Shown in pieces: positions 11,117-19,431 of a stretch of DNA of 64,000 bases. The notes under the pieces were generated by a model. It was given only the letters and a program-made list of their open reading frames with translations. It did not search any database and was not told where the DNA came from. Positions within the stretch are counted from its first letter, which is position 1. Every line of letters starts with the position of its first letter. The translations under genes were made by a program, and so were the position numbers. This stretch comes from an uncultured Verrucomicrobia subdivision 3 bacterium (GTDB lineage Bacteria > Verrucomicrobiota > Verrucomicrobiia > Limisphaerales > UBA11358). The stretch covers positions 12,649 through 76,648 of the forward strand of contig CAIPKV010000078.1 of assembly GCA_903865745.1 (NCBI GenBank). The letters run 5' to 3'.

Positions 11117-12103
11117 ATGCTTTATCCGTTTGTTTTCAGTCCGATCTTCAAGGACCGTATCTGGGGCGGACGCGAACTGGAACGGCTTTACGGCAAAACG
11201 ATTCCCGCCGCCCAGCCCACCGGTGAATCATGGGAAATCTCCGACCGACCCGGCGACGCCAGCGTCATTGCGAACGGTCCGCTCGCCGGCAAAGATTTGC
11301 GCTGGCTCATGGAAAACCATGCGGCGGAAATTCTCGGCGACGCCAAGCCAGCGGCGGCGGGCCGCTTCCCGTTGCTCTGCAAAATTCTCGACGCGCGCGA
11401 AAAGCTCTCGTTGCAAGTCCACCCGCCGGCGAGCAAGGCCGCGGAACTTAAAGGCGAACCCAAGACGGAAATGTGGTTCATCACCGATGCCGCGCCGGAC
11501 GCGAGCTTGTATGTCGGCCTCAAGCGCGGCGTGACCCGCGCGGAGTTTGAACAGAAGATTTCTGACGGCAGCGTGGCTGATTGTTTTCACCGGATTCCGG
11601 TGAAGGCCGGCGACACGATGTTTCTGCCCAGCGGTCGCGTTCATGCCATCGGCGACGGCTTGGTGATTTTCGAGATCCAGCAGAACTCCGACACGACCTA
11701 CCGCGTGTTCGACTGGAATCGCGTCGGCTTGGACGGCCAGCCGCGCGAATTGCACATCACCCAATCACTGGCAAGCATTGACTTCAACGACTTCGAACCA
11801 AAGCTCGTACCGGCGAAATACAATCAGGCCGCGAAGTTCAAATACCGTCACCTCGTCCAAGACCCGCTGTTCAATGTCCAGGAAATGATCTTTGAAAATG
11901 CCGGATCGTTCGTGCTGGCGGGGCAATTGTTGCGCATCATCGCCGTCGTCAAAGGCGCGGTGGAAGTGATTGATGCGGCCAGTAAAATCTCCGTTGAACT
12001 AAAGCCCGGTCAGTTCGGTTTGATTCCAGCCAGTTTGAAGGGCGTTGAAATCAAAGCGGCAGCGCAGTCGACTTTCCTCTGCGTGGAAGCCGAACCGAAC
12101 TGA
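11117..12103 (+). CDS. manA: Mannose-6-phosphate isomerase, class I
   Basis: RIWGG, GESWEIS, LSLQVHP, KTEMW and EIQQNSDTTYR motifs. Confidence 0.9.
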   Translation: MLYPFVFSPIFKDRIWGGRELERLYGKTIPAAQPTGESWEISDRPGDASVIANGPLAGKDLRWLMENHAAEILGDAKPAAAGRFPLLCKILDAREKLSLQVHPPASKAAELKGEPKTEMWFITDAAPDASLYVGLKRGVTRAEFEQKISDGSVADCFHRIPVKAGDTMFLPSGRVHAIGDGLVIFEIQQNSDTTYRVFDWNRVGLDGQPRELHITQSLASIDFNDFEPKLVPAKYNQAAKFKYRHLVQDPLFNVQEMIFENAGSFVLAGQLLRIIAVVKGAVEVIDAASKISVELKPGQFGLIPASLKGVEIKAAAQSTFLCVEAEPN

Positions 12104-12105
12104 AG

Positions 12106-12318
12106 TCACCACAGAGTTCCGAATGACGGCTGGTGTTTTTCGAGATGTTCTCCCGCCCCCAATTGTTCCAACATCATTTTAGCCCTGAGCCTTAATTTCT
12201 TTCCACCGCTGGCAGCGGCGATTTCAGCGGAGTATTTCTCCTCGATGGACTTGGCGAGTTTCTTCTGATTAGCGCGCATCAGCCTCGTTGCGCCGTCGGC
12301 GACAAATTTATTCTTCAT
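12106..12318 (-). CDS. Small hypothetical protein (70 aa)
   Basis: Clean ORF directly downstream of the YqgE gene, filling the gap; no recognised domain. Confidence 0.55.
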   Translation of the reverse strand: MKNKFVADGATRLMRANQKKLAKSIEEKYSAEIAAASGGKKLRLRAKMMLEQLGAGEHLEKHQPSFGTLW

Positions 12319-12327
12319 GGCGCGGTT

Positions 12328-12891
12328 TTAATTCCACGACAAGTCTTCTGGCGTCTGCGCGAGCAGCTTGTTCTTCCAGCCGCCTTTGCGTTGCAAGACT
12401 TTTTGCCAGAGCTGTTCCGGCGGCGTCTCAAACACCAGCTCCAATGACGCCGGAAACGTCAGCCACGATTTCCGTTTCATCTCGCTCTCCAACTGGCCGG
12501 GGCTCCAGCCGGCGTAGCCAGCGAACATCCGCACCTTTTTCGTGGCAGAAAAAGCCTCGCCAATCTCCAGCAGATCATCAAGCGAATGGCCGAGCGCAAG
12601 GTTCGGCATCACGTCGGCATCGGGGATAAAGCTGTCCGTGTGCAGGTAGCTCAATGCGCCGGGCTGCACCGGACCGCCGAGATAAAGTGGTGCGGTCTTG
12701 AGCGGCTCCGGCAGGTCCGCGATGATCAGGTCGCCGACGGCCTTGCCGACGGTGCGGTTGAGGACGAGGCCGAACGCGCCCTCGGCATCGTGCTTGCAGA
12801 CGAGCAGGACGGTGTGCTGAAAAAACGAGCCGCCGAGTTGCCCGCTATCGAGCAGCAGCTTGCCTTGAAGAAATTTTGGATTGGTGGCCAT
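12328..12891 (-). CDS. YqgE/AlgH (UPF0301) family protein
   Basis: GAFGLVLNR, LYLGGPV and FAGYAGWSPGQLESE motifs. Confidence 0.92.
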   Translation of the reverse strand: MATNPKFLQGKLLLDSGQLGGSFFQHTVLLVCKHDAEGAFGLVLNRTVGKAVGDLIIADLPEPLKTAPLYLGGPVQPGALSYLHTDSFIPDADVMPNLALGHSLDDLLEIGEAFSATKKVRMFAGYAGWSPGQLESEMKRKSWLTFPASLELVFETPPEQLWQKVLQRKGGWKNKLLAQTPEDLSWN

Positions 12892-13004
12892 CGCTGATTT
12901 AATTTGCACCAACTTTACGCCGCTGGCAAAAAAGAAAACGCCCAGCCGTCGAACTATTCAGCCACGATGAAACACAGATTGAACACAGATGCCGAAGTTT
13001 TGGC

Positions 13005-13247
13005 TTAACTTTTCTCGCAACCGTCGAAGATTTCAGCCCAGCCAGAACGCAAAGCGAATTTTAATTTCACGAGCTTGGGCAGACTTGGAAAATATTCTCC
13101 TGCTTCCAAGCTCTGAATATATCGCGCACTCACGCCGGTTTTTTCTGCCAGTTGCTCCTGCGTCAATTTTCTCCGTTCCCGCAAAGCCACGATGTTCCTG
13201 CCAAGCTTTGCTCGGTGGACACAAGATTTTGGCTTTTGTGAAGGCAC
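13005..13247 (-). CDS. XRE-family HTH transcriptional regulator
   Basis: LGRNIVALRERRKLTQEQLAEKTGVSARYIQSLEAGEYFPSL; GTG start at 13247 inferred. Confidence 0.8.
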   Translation of the reverse strand: MPSQKPKSCVHRAKLGRNIVALRERRKLTQEQLAEKTGVSARYIQSLEAGEYFPSLPKLVKLKFALRSGWAEIFDGCEKS

Positions 13248-13332
13248 GACATAATCGTCCGCAAAAAACGGCCAGCTAAACACGAGGTATTGCCTCGTGC
13301 ACTGGGTTTTGATAGTTTTCGTTCCGCACATA

Positions 13333-14121
13333 ATGAACGAAACAGAAATTCCAAGTTTTTCAGAAATTCATCCCTCGTTTGGGCAGAGAATCGGGCAGCG
13401 GCTTGCCCGTTTTGAGCAGTATTTCAACGCAAGATTCAGGGACAAATTCAATCCGGTAGTCAGAAAGCTGTCACCGTTTATTCCACACAATGCGGTTGTC
13501 TTTGATGTTGGTGCAAATCACGGGCGGTTTGCCAAAGCTGTGGCAAAAATTCATAACAGATCGTGCCGAGTGTTTGCCTTTGAACCACTGGAATATAATT
13601 ACACCTTGGCAAAATCAGTTTTGAGCGGCTACAAAAATGTGAGGCTGTTCCCGGTGGCGCTTTCCAATAAGGCCGATCAAGAAAGACTTTACATACCCAT
13701 AAAAAAATCATCGAAAAGGATTAACCATGTGACACCTCACATGGGCAAATCAGGATGTGAAAACTATTTTGAGTCAAATGATCGAAAACAGGTGTATTGG
13801 ACTACCATTCAGACAAACACCCTTGACGCCATTATGGGTGGCGAAAATCTGACGCAATTAAACTTCATAAAAATAGATGTCGAGGGTGCGGAAAGCCTTG
13901 TTCTTGCCGGAGGCATCAAATCAATCCAAAAATTTCATCCGGTTATTTACTGCGAAGTTTCCGGACAACACACGAGGAAATTCGGATTGTCGCCGCTTGA
14001 TTCGATAAAGATTCTTTTGGATTTGGGATACTGCCCGCATTTGATTATGGAAAACAGCATTCAAAAAACGCAGATAGGTGACGATTCGCGCGGTGATTTT
14101 TTGTTTTTACCAGCCGTTTGA
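13333..14121 (+). CDS. FkbM-family SAM-dependent methyltransferase (AT-rich)
   Basis: VFDVGANHG, VFAFEP and FIKIDVEGAE motifs; visibly lower GC than the flanks. Confidence 0.88.
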   Translation: MNETEIPSFSEIHPSFGQRIGQRLARFEQYFNARFRDKFNPVVRKLSPFIPHNAVVFDVGANHGRFAKAVAKIHNRSCRVFAFEPLEYNYTLAKSVLSGYKNVRLFPVALSNKADQERLYIPIKKSSKRINHVTPHMGKSGCENYFESNDRKQVYWTTIQTNTLDAIMGGENLTQLNFIKIDVEGAESLVLAGGIKSIQKFHPVIYCEVSGQHTRKFGLSPLDSIKILLDLGYCPHLIMENSIQKTQIGDDSRGDFLFLPAV

Positions 14122-14137
14122 CATTGCGGAAAAACAA

Positions 14138-14178
14138 GAAAGCAGGAACCGGAATAAAATTCCTGTGTTCCTGCTTTC
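14138..14178. terminator. Inverted repeat between convergent FkbM and tkt genes (probable terminator)
   Basis: GAAAGCAGGAAC ... GTTCCTGCTTTC. Confidence 0.6.
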
Positions 14179-14198
14179 CTAATTTATTTTTCCGGCGA

Positions 14199-16031
14199 TT
14201 ACAGCGACTTCACTTTTTTCACAATCGCCGCCGCATCGATGCCGAACGCGGCCATGAGTTCCTCAGCCTTGCCGGAGCGCGGGATGCCCACGACGGCGAG
14301 CTTGTGAACCTTGATGCCTTCGCTCGAAAGTTCGCCGGCCACCGCGTCGCCGAGGCCGCCTTCAGAATAATGATCTTCCACCGTGATGACGGTGTTGTTG
14401 GTCTTCTTCGCTTCCGCGAGAATTTCCTTTTTGCCGAGCGGCTTGATGCTGTAAGCGTCAATGACCGTAACGCTGACGCCATCGGCCTTCAATTGATCCG
14501 CCGCCTTCAACGCCTCAAACAGCGTGACGCCCGCGCCGACCAGCGTGACCTTGTCGCCGGTGCGCAGCACTTTCGCGCCGCCGACGGGGAACGCTTCGTC
14601 GTTGCCATAGATGACCGGGGTCTTCGGGCGCGAGGTGCGCAGGAAGGCTACGCCTTTCAAAATCGCCATCTGTTCGAGCAACTTTTCCGTGGCCACGGCA
14701 TCCGCCGGATACAAGACGGTGCTGCCGACGACCGCGCGCATGAGCGCCAGATCTTCCAGCGCCATCTGGGACGGGCCGTCCTCGCCGATGCTGATGCCGA
14801 CATGCGAGCCGACCAGCTTCAAGTTCGATTGCGAAATGCCCGCGACGCGGATTTGATCCGCCGCGCGCGTGAAGAACGTGGCGAACGTTGAGGCGAACGG
14901 CACATGACCGCGCGTCGCATAACCGACGGCGACGGCGACGAGGTTTTGTTCCGCGATGAAACATTCGGTGGCACGATCCGGAAACTTCTTGAAGAACTTG
15001 TCCGCAAACGTGGAATTCTTCGTGTCGCCGTCCATCGCGTTGATACGCGGATCGGCTTCGCCCAAGCGGACGAGCGCGGCGCCGTAAGCTTCGCGCGTGG
15101 CGATCTTGTCGCCGAGCTTGTAGCTGATGGCCGGGTAGCTCGCCGGGGCCGTGAGATTCGGGGCGGGCAGCGCCGTCGGCGCCGGAATCGCAACTCCGAG
15201 ACCGGACTTGGCGCTCGGAGCGAGTTCGGCGATGGCCGCGGCGGCTTCTTCCTTGTTCAAGGGTTTGCCGTGCCAATTATCTTTGTCCTGCAAGAACGAT
15301 ACGCCCGCGCCTTTGTAGGTCTTGGCAATGATGGCGAGCGGGCGTTCGTCCAGACCGACACCGCTGAGGACTTCGATGATTTCTTCGAGGTCATGGCCGT
15401 CGTCAAGGGTCTCGACGCGCCAGCCGAAAGCTTGGAAGCGTTTCACATAAACGTTGATGTCGTGGCCGAACGCCGTCGCCTGGCTCTGGCCGAGGCGGTT
15501 CGCATCCACAATCGCGATCAGGTTGCTCAACTTGTAATAGCCGGCGAGCGACGCGGCTTCCCACACGGCCCCCTCGGCGATTTCGCCGTCACCGAGCAAG
15601 ACGTAGGTGTTGAAATCCAGCTGGTCCTGGCGTGCGGCGAGCGCCATGCCGACGCCGACGCCGAGACCCTGACCGAGCGAACCCGTCGCCACATCGGCGA
15701 ACGCGAGGCGCGGCGTGGGATGACCTTCGAGGTCGTTGCCGAACTGGCGGAGCTTCAACAATTCGGGAATCGGGACAAAGCCGTTTTCCGCCCACGCGGC
15801 GTAGAGCAGCGGTGCGGCGTGACCTTTGGAGAGAATGAAGCGGTCGTTGTTGTAGAAATGCGGATTCTTCGCATCATACTTCATGTGGCCGAAGAAGAGG
15901 GCCGCCACGATATCCGCCGCCGAGCAGCAGGAGGTGGGATGGCCGCTACCCGCCGCCGTGGTTGCTTCGATAGAGTGGATGCGCAACTGGTTGGCAATCC
16001 CTTTCAGCAGTTCAATGTCCGTTTCAATCAT
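14199..16031 (-). CDS. tkt: Transketolase (short, animal-like type)
   Basis: SGHPTSCCSAA, DRFILSKGHAAP, ATGSLGQG, GDGE and GEDGPSQM motifs. Confidence 0.95.
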   Translation of the reverse strand: MIETDIELLKGIANQLRIHSIEATTAAGSGHPTSCCSAADIVAALFFGHMKYDAKNPHFYNNDRFILSKGHAAPLLYAAWAENGFVPIPELLKLRQFGNDLEGHPTPRLAFADVATGSLGQGLGVGVGMALAARQDQLDFNTYVLLGDGEIAEGAVWEAASLAGYYKLSNLIAIVDANRLGQSQATAFGHDINVYVKRFQAFGWRVETLDDGHDLEEIIEVLSGVGLDERPLAIIAKTYKGAGVSFLQDKDNWHGKPLNKEEAAAAIAELAPSAKSGLGVAIPAPTALPAPNLTAPASYPAISYKLGDKIATREAYGAALVRLGEADPRINAMDGDTKNSTFADKFFKKFPDRATECFIAEQNLVAVAVGYATRGHVPFASTFATFFTRAADQIRVAGISQSNLKLVGSHVGISIGEDGPSQMALEDLALMRAVVGSTVLYPADAVATEKLLEQMAILKGVAFLRTSRPKTPVIYGNDEAFPVGGAKVLRTGDKVTLVGAGVTLFEALKAADQLKADGVSVTVIDAYSIKPLGKKEILAEAKKTNNTVITVEDHYSEGGLGDAVAGELSSEGIKVHKLAVVGIPRSGKAEELMAAFGIDAAAIVKKVKSL

Positions 16032-16097
16032 AATTATTAAGAGCCGAGAGGTTAGCCGACAGATGGCGAAAGCCAAGAATGAAAATATACCAACGCG

Positions 16098-16718
16098 TCA
16101 CTGTGTCAGCACATGACCGCCCACGGAGCAGGTCGGCAGCGCGTCCACACTGTTGATGGAATACGCCCCGCCGTCGGGACAAACGGGAAATACGCCGCCT
16201 TTAAAGTAGGGCAACAGGTCTTTCACGGTCGGCACGGCATCCACGGTCTTGTTTTTTTCGAGCGCCCACTGCTGCTTCGCGCCGTCAATCTGCCGGAGGT
16301 TGTTGATGCAGCTGTTGCGGTGGATGATGGCGAGGCCGGCGTCGGTGACCAAGCGGTTCTCGGCTTGAAGCTGCTGCAATTGAGCCTGCTGCAACGACAA
16401 CGCCGTGCGCGCGTTACCGAGCTGCTGGGTGGCTTGCGCGTAACCGGCGTTCAACTGGTCAAGCGTGGCCTGCGCCTGCGCGAGGCGGTTGGTGTAAATC
16501 TCGTTCTGCTTGCGCAGCCGCAGGATTTCCGACGCCTGCAAGCCGGCATTGGAATTCTTCAAGTCGTCCAATTCCTTTTGCTGCTGGCGCAACTGGAATT
16601 GCGCCGCGCGCAGGTCGGTCTGGGCCGCCTCTTTCTCGCGGATGGCGTGGAAAAGCTGGAGTTCCGCCACGAGCATCAGCCCGAGGCAGAGCCAGGCGAA
16701 CCAGCGTTTGAGATTCAT
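16098..16718 (-). CDS. Membrane-anchored coiled-coil protein with a pilin-like C-terminal domain
   Basis: N-terminal TM helix, Q/L-rich coiled coil, C-terminal CINNLRQIDGAKQQWALE...CPDGGAYSI...PTCS. Confidence 0.6.
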   Translation of the reverse strand: MNLKRWFAWLCLGLMLVAELQLFHAIREKEAAQTDLRAAQFQLRQQQKELDDLKNSNAGLQASEILRLRKQNEIYTNRLAQAQATLDQLNAGYAQATQQLGNARTALSLQQAQLQQLQAENRLVTDAGLAIIHRNSCINNLRQIDGAKQQWALEKNKTVDAVPTVKDLLPYFKGGVFPVCPDGGAYSINSVDALPTCSVGGHVLTQ

Positions 16719-16794
16719 GGTGGGGGAGTTGTCGCGCTTTTGGGGAACGGCGTCAAATCAGAAATGAACGTGGGAAAAGCATTAACGGTTTAAC

Positions 16795-16894
16795 TGGCCA
16801 GCCGAGCCGTAGCTCAATGCGGGTTTAATAATGCACCCGCCTTCGTCTGACTTCGGCGCGGTAGCCTTCGCTTTCGCTACATTCAAGCGAAGGC
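16795..16894 (-). repeat. Palindromic REP-like trailer downstream of the tRNA
   Basis: GCCTTCGCTT...AAGCGAAGGC and GCGGGT...ACCCGC hairpins directly 3' of the tRNA CCA. Confidence 0.5.
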
Positions 16895-16971
16895 TGGTGC
16901 GCGCGGCGGGGGTCGAACCCACAACCTTCGGCTTCGGAGACCGACGCTCTATCCAATTGAGCTACGCGCGC
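16895..16971 (-). tRNA. tRNA-Arg (anticodon CCG), CCA encoded
   Basis: GCGCGCGTAGCTCAATTGGATAGAGCGTCGGTCTCCGAAGCCGAAGGTTGTGGGTTCGACCCCCGCCGCGCGCACCA folds as a cloverleaf. Confidence 0.97.
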
Positions 16972-17084
16972 AGTTTTCAGCGGTGGATATTATGCGGGCT
17001 TTGCGCGTCGCGGCAAGCAGTATTGAAGCGCCTGCATCCCGGCTTGTCGGCGCGGTTTACTCTGCTATCCTCCGCGACTCGTTT

Positions 17085-18686
17085 GTGACCATCACCGAAG
17101 AAATCCAGCGGCGACGCACGTTCGCCATCATTTCGCATCCCGACGCGGGCAAGACCACGTTGACGGAGAAGCTGCTGCTTTACGGCGGTGCGGTGCAACT
17201 CGCCGGCTCCGTGACCGCGCGCAAAAATCAGCGCGCCACCACCTCCGACTGGATGGAACTCGAAAAGAAGCGCGGCATCTCCATCAGCTCGACCGTGCTG
17301 CAATTCGATTACGACGGCTACCGCCTCAACCTGCTCGATACGCCCGGCCACAAGGATTTCTCCGAAGACACTTACCGCGTGCTTACCGCCGTGGACGCCG
17401 TGGTCATGGTGATTGATTCCGCCAAAGGCATCGAGCCGCAGACGCGCAAGCTGTTCGAGGTCTGCCGCCAGCGCGGTGTGCCGATCTTCACCTTCATGAA
17501 CAAGTGCGACCGCCCCATGAAGGAGCCGCTCGCACTGCTCGACGAACTGGAGCGCGTGCTCGGCATCGGCGCGTTCCCCGTAAACTGGCCCATCGGCAAC
17601 GGCGCGGATTTCCAAGGCGTGTACGACCGGCAGACCAAGACGATGCACACCTTTGAGCGCGTGGTCGGCGGCAAGTATCGCGCGCCCGTTTCCGTCGGCG
17701 GCTTGCACGACCCGGAAGTGCGCGGCAAGTTGAGCGAAGCCGACTTTGCCAAGACGGTCGAGGAACTCGAAATGCTCGAACACGCCGGCGAAGTCTTCGA
17801 CGATGCCGCCGTGCTCGCCGGCAAGAGTACGCCGGTCTTCTTCGGCAGCGGCGTGAACAACTTCGGTGTGCAGCTCCTGCTCGACGGTTTCCTGAAACAT
17901 TCGCCCGCGCCCAAGTCGCGCGTGATGGGCGGCATCGAAATCTCGCCCGAGAACCCGGCGTTCTCTGGCTTTATCTTCAAGATTCAGGCGAACATGGACC
18001 CGAAGCACCGCGACCGCATCGCGTTCATCCGCGTGTGCTCCGGCAAGTTCGACCGGGACATGACGGTGCATCATTCGCGCTCCGAGAAGAAGGTGCGCCT
18101 GTCCAGCTCGCACAAACTATTCGGCAACGAGCGCGAGACGGTGGACGAAGCGTATCCCGGCGACGTCATCGGTCTCGTCGGCCACGACAGCTTTGGCATC
18201 GGCGACACACTGACGACGGACCCCAAGATTCTTTACAAGGAAATCCCGCGCTTCACGCCCGAAGCCTTCTCCTATCTGCACAATCCGAACACGGGCAAAT
18301 ACAAACAATTTCGCCAGGGCCTCGACCAGTTGCTGCAAGAGGGCGTCATCCAGGCGTTGTACCTCCGCAATTCCTCCATCAAGACGCCGCTGCTCGCCGC
18401 CGTCGGCCCGCTGCAATTCGAAGTCGTGCAGTTCCGCCTTGAAAGCGAATACGGCGCCGAGTCGCGCCTCGAAGCCGCCCCGTGGAGCGTCGTCCGCTGG
18501 CTGCCTCCGGAGATTTCCGAAGAGGCGCTCGACGGTCTGTCGCTGCCAACCGGCGCGAAGCTCGCCTACGATCTCGGCAAGAATCCCGTCATCCTGTTCC
18601 AGAACGAGTGGTCGGCCAATTACTTCAACGAGACGAACAAGAACACCCCGCTCTCCGCCCTCCCCGTCCAGACGGCGAAGGAATGA
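17085..18686 (+). CDS. prfC: Peptide chain release factor 3
   Basis: RRRTFAIISHPDAGKTTLTEKLL, DTPGHKDFSEDTYR and FKIQANMDPKHRDR motifs; GTG start at 17085. Confidence 0.97.
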   Translation: MTITEEIQRRRTFAIISHPDAGKTTLTEKLLLYGGAVQLAGSVTARKNQRATTSDWMELEKKRGISISSTVLQFDYDGYRLNLLDTPGHKDFSEDTYRVLTAVDAVVMVIDSAKGIEPQTRKLFEVCRQRGVPIFTFMNKCDRPMKEPLALLDELERVLGIGAFPVNWPIGNGADFQGVYDRQTKTMHTFERVVGGKYRAPVSVGGLHDPEVRGKLSEADFAKTVEELEMLEHAGEVFDDAAVLAGKSTPVFFGSGVNNFGVQLLLDGFLKHSPAPKSRVMGGIEISPENPAFSGFIFKIQANMDPKHRDRIAFIRVCSGKFDRDMTVHHSRSEKKVRLSSSHKLFGNERETVDEAYPGDVIGLVGHDSFGIGDTLTTDPKILYKEIPRFTPEAFSYLHNPNTGKYKQFRQGLDQLLQEGVIQALYLRNSSIKTPLLAAVGPLQFEVVQFRLESEYGAESRLEAAPWSVVRWLPPEISEEALDGLSLPTGAKLAYDLGKNPVILFQNEWSANYFNETNKNTPLSALPVQTAKE

Positions 18687-18689
18687 AAG

Positions 18690-18726
18690 TTGACATCACT
18701 GCATCAGCGTATCACAGTATCAAAGC
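18690..18726 (+). promoter_or_regulatory. vapBC promoter with a tandem 8-bp operator-like repeat
   Basis: TTGACA overlapping CATCACTG CATCAGCG TATCACAG TATCAAAG immediately before the ATG. Confidence 0.6.
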
Positions 18727-18957
18727 ATGAGAACCACCATCACTGTGGACAACGACGTTTTTGAGGCGGCGCAGGCGCAGGCACGCGCGTCGGGTAAAAA
18801 GCTCGGCGAAGTCATCTCGGCGATGGCGCGGCGCGGATTGCGCGCATCGGCGGACACCGCCAGCAAGAACGGCCTGCCGGTCTTCAAGGTTCAGGGCAAC
18901 GCCCCAGTGATTCCCAGCAGCCGGGCAAAAGCCTTGCTCGACGAGGACGCGACGTGA
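18727..18957 (+). CDS. vapB: VapB-type ribbon-helix-helix antitoxin
   Basis: MRTTITVDNDV...LGEVISAMARRGL; overlaps the PIN toxin start (GTGA). Confidence 0.85.
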   Translation: MRTTITVDNDVFEAAQAQARASGKKLGEVISAMARRGLRASADTASKNGLPVFKVQGNAPVIPSSRAKALLDEDAT

Positions 18958-19376
18958 AAGCCGCGCTGCTCGATACCAACGTCCTGCTGGCGCTGGCGTG
19001 GCCGAACCATCAGCATCACGCTGCCGCGCACACCTGGTTTGCCGTCCACGCCAAACGCGGTTGGGCCACGTGCGCTTTCACCCAGCTCGGCTTTATCCGC
19101 CTTTCGGCCAATCCCGCTTACTCGCGCGAGGCGGTTCCGCCCGCCGAAGCCGCCGCGCTGCTCCGGCAATGGACGCACCACAAGGCACATCAGTTCTGGA
19201 CTTCGCCCGCCGCCGATGCGCCGGCGATTTATGAGCGCGCCTTGGGACATCAACAGGTCAACGACGCCTGGCTCGTCGAGGTCGCGCGGAAAAACCGGGG
19301 CCGGCTCGTCACGCTCGATGCGCGGCTGGCAGCGCACGCCCCCGAAGCCAACCTGGTGGAGACCATCGCCGCCTAA
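18954..19376 (+). CDS. vapC: VapC PIN-domain ribonuclease toxin
   Basis: LLDTNVLLAL, TQLGFIRL, QVNDAWL and LVTLD motifs. Confidence 0.9.
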   Translation: MKAALLDTNVLLALAWPNHQHHAAAHTWFAVHAKRGWATCAFTQLGFIRLSANPAYSREAVPPAEAAALLRQWTHHKAHQFWTSPAADAPAIYERALGHQQVNDAWLVEVARKNRGRLVTLDARLAAHAPEANLVETIAA

Positions 19377-19390
19377 CCCGCCCCGCTGCT

Positions 19391-19425
19391 TTCATTCTGC
19401 ATTCATAATTCATCCTTCATAATTC
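19391..19425. repeat. Heptamer micro-repeat (5 x 7 nt)
   Basis: TTCATTC TGCATTC ATAATTC ATCCTTC ATAATTC. Confidence 0.7.
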
Positions 19426-19431
19426 GCCCCC

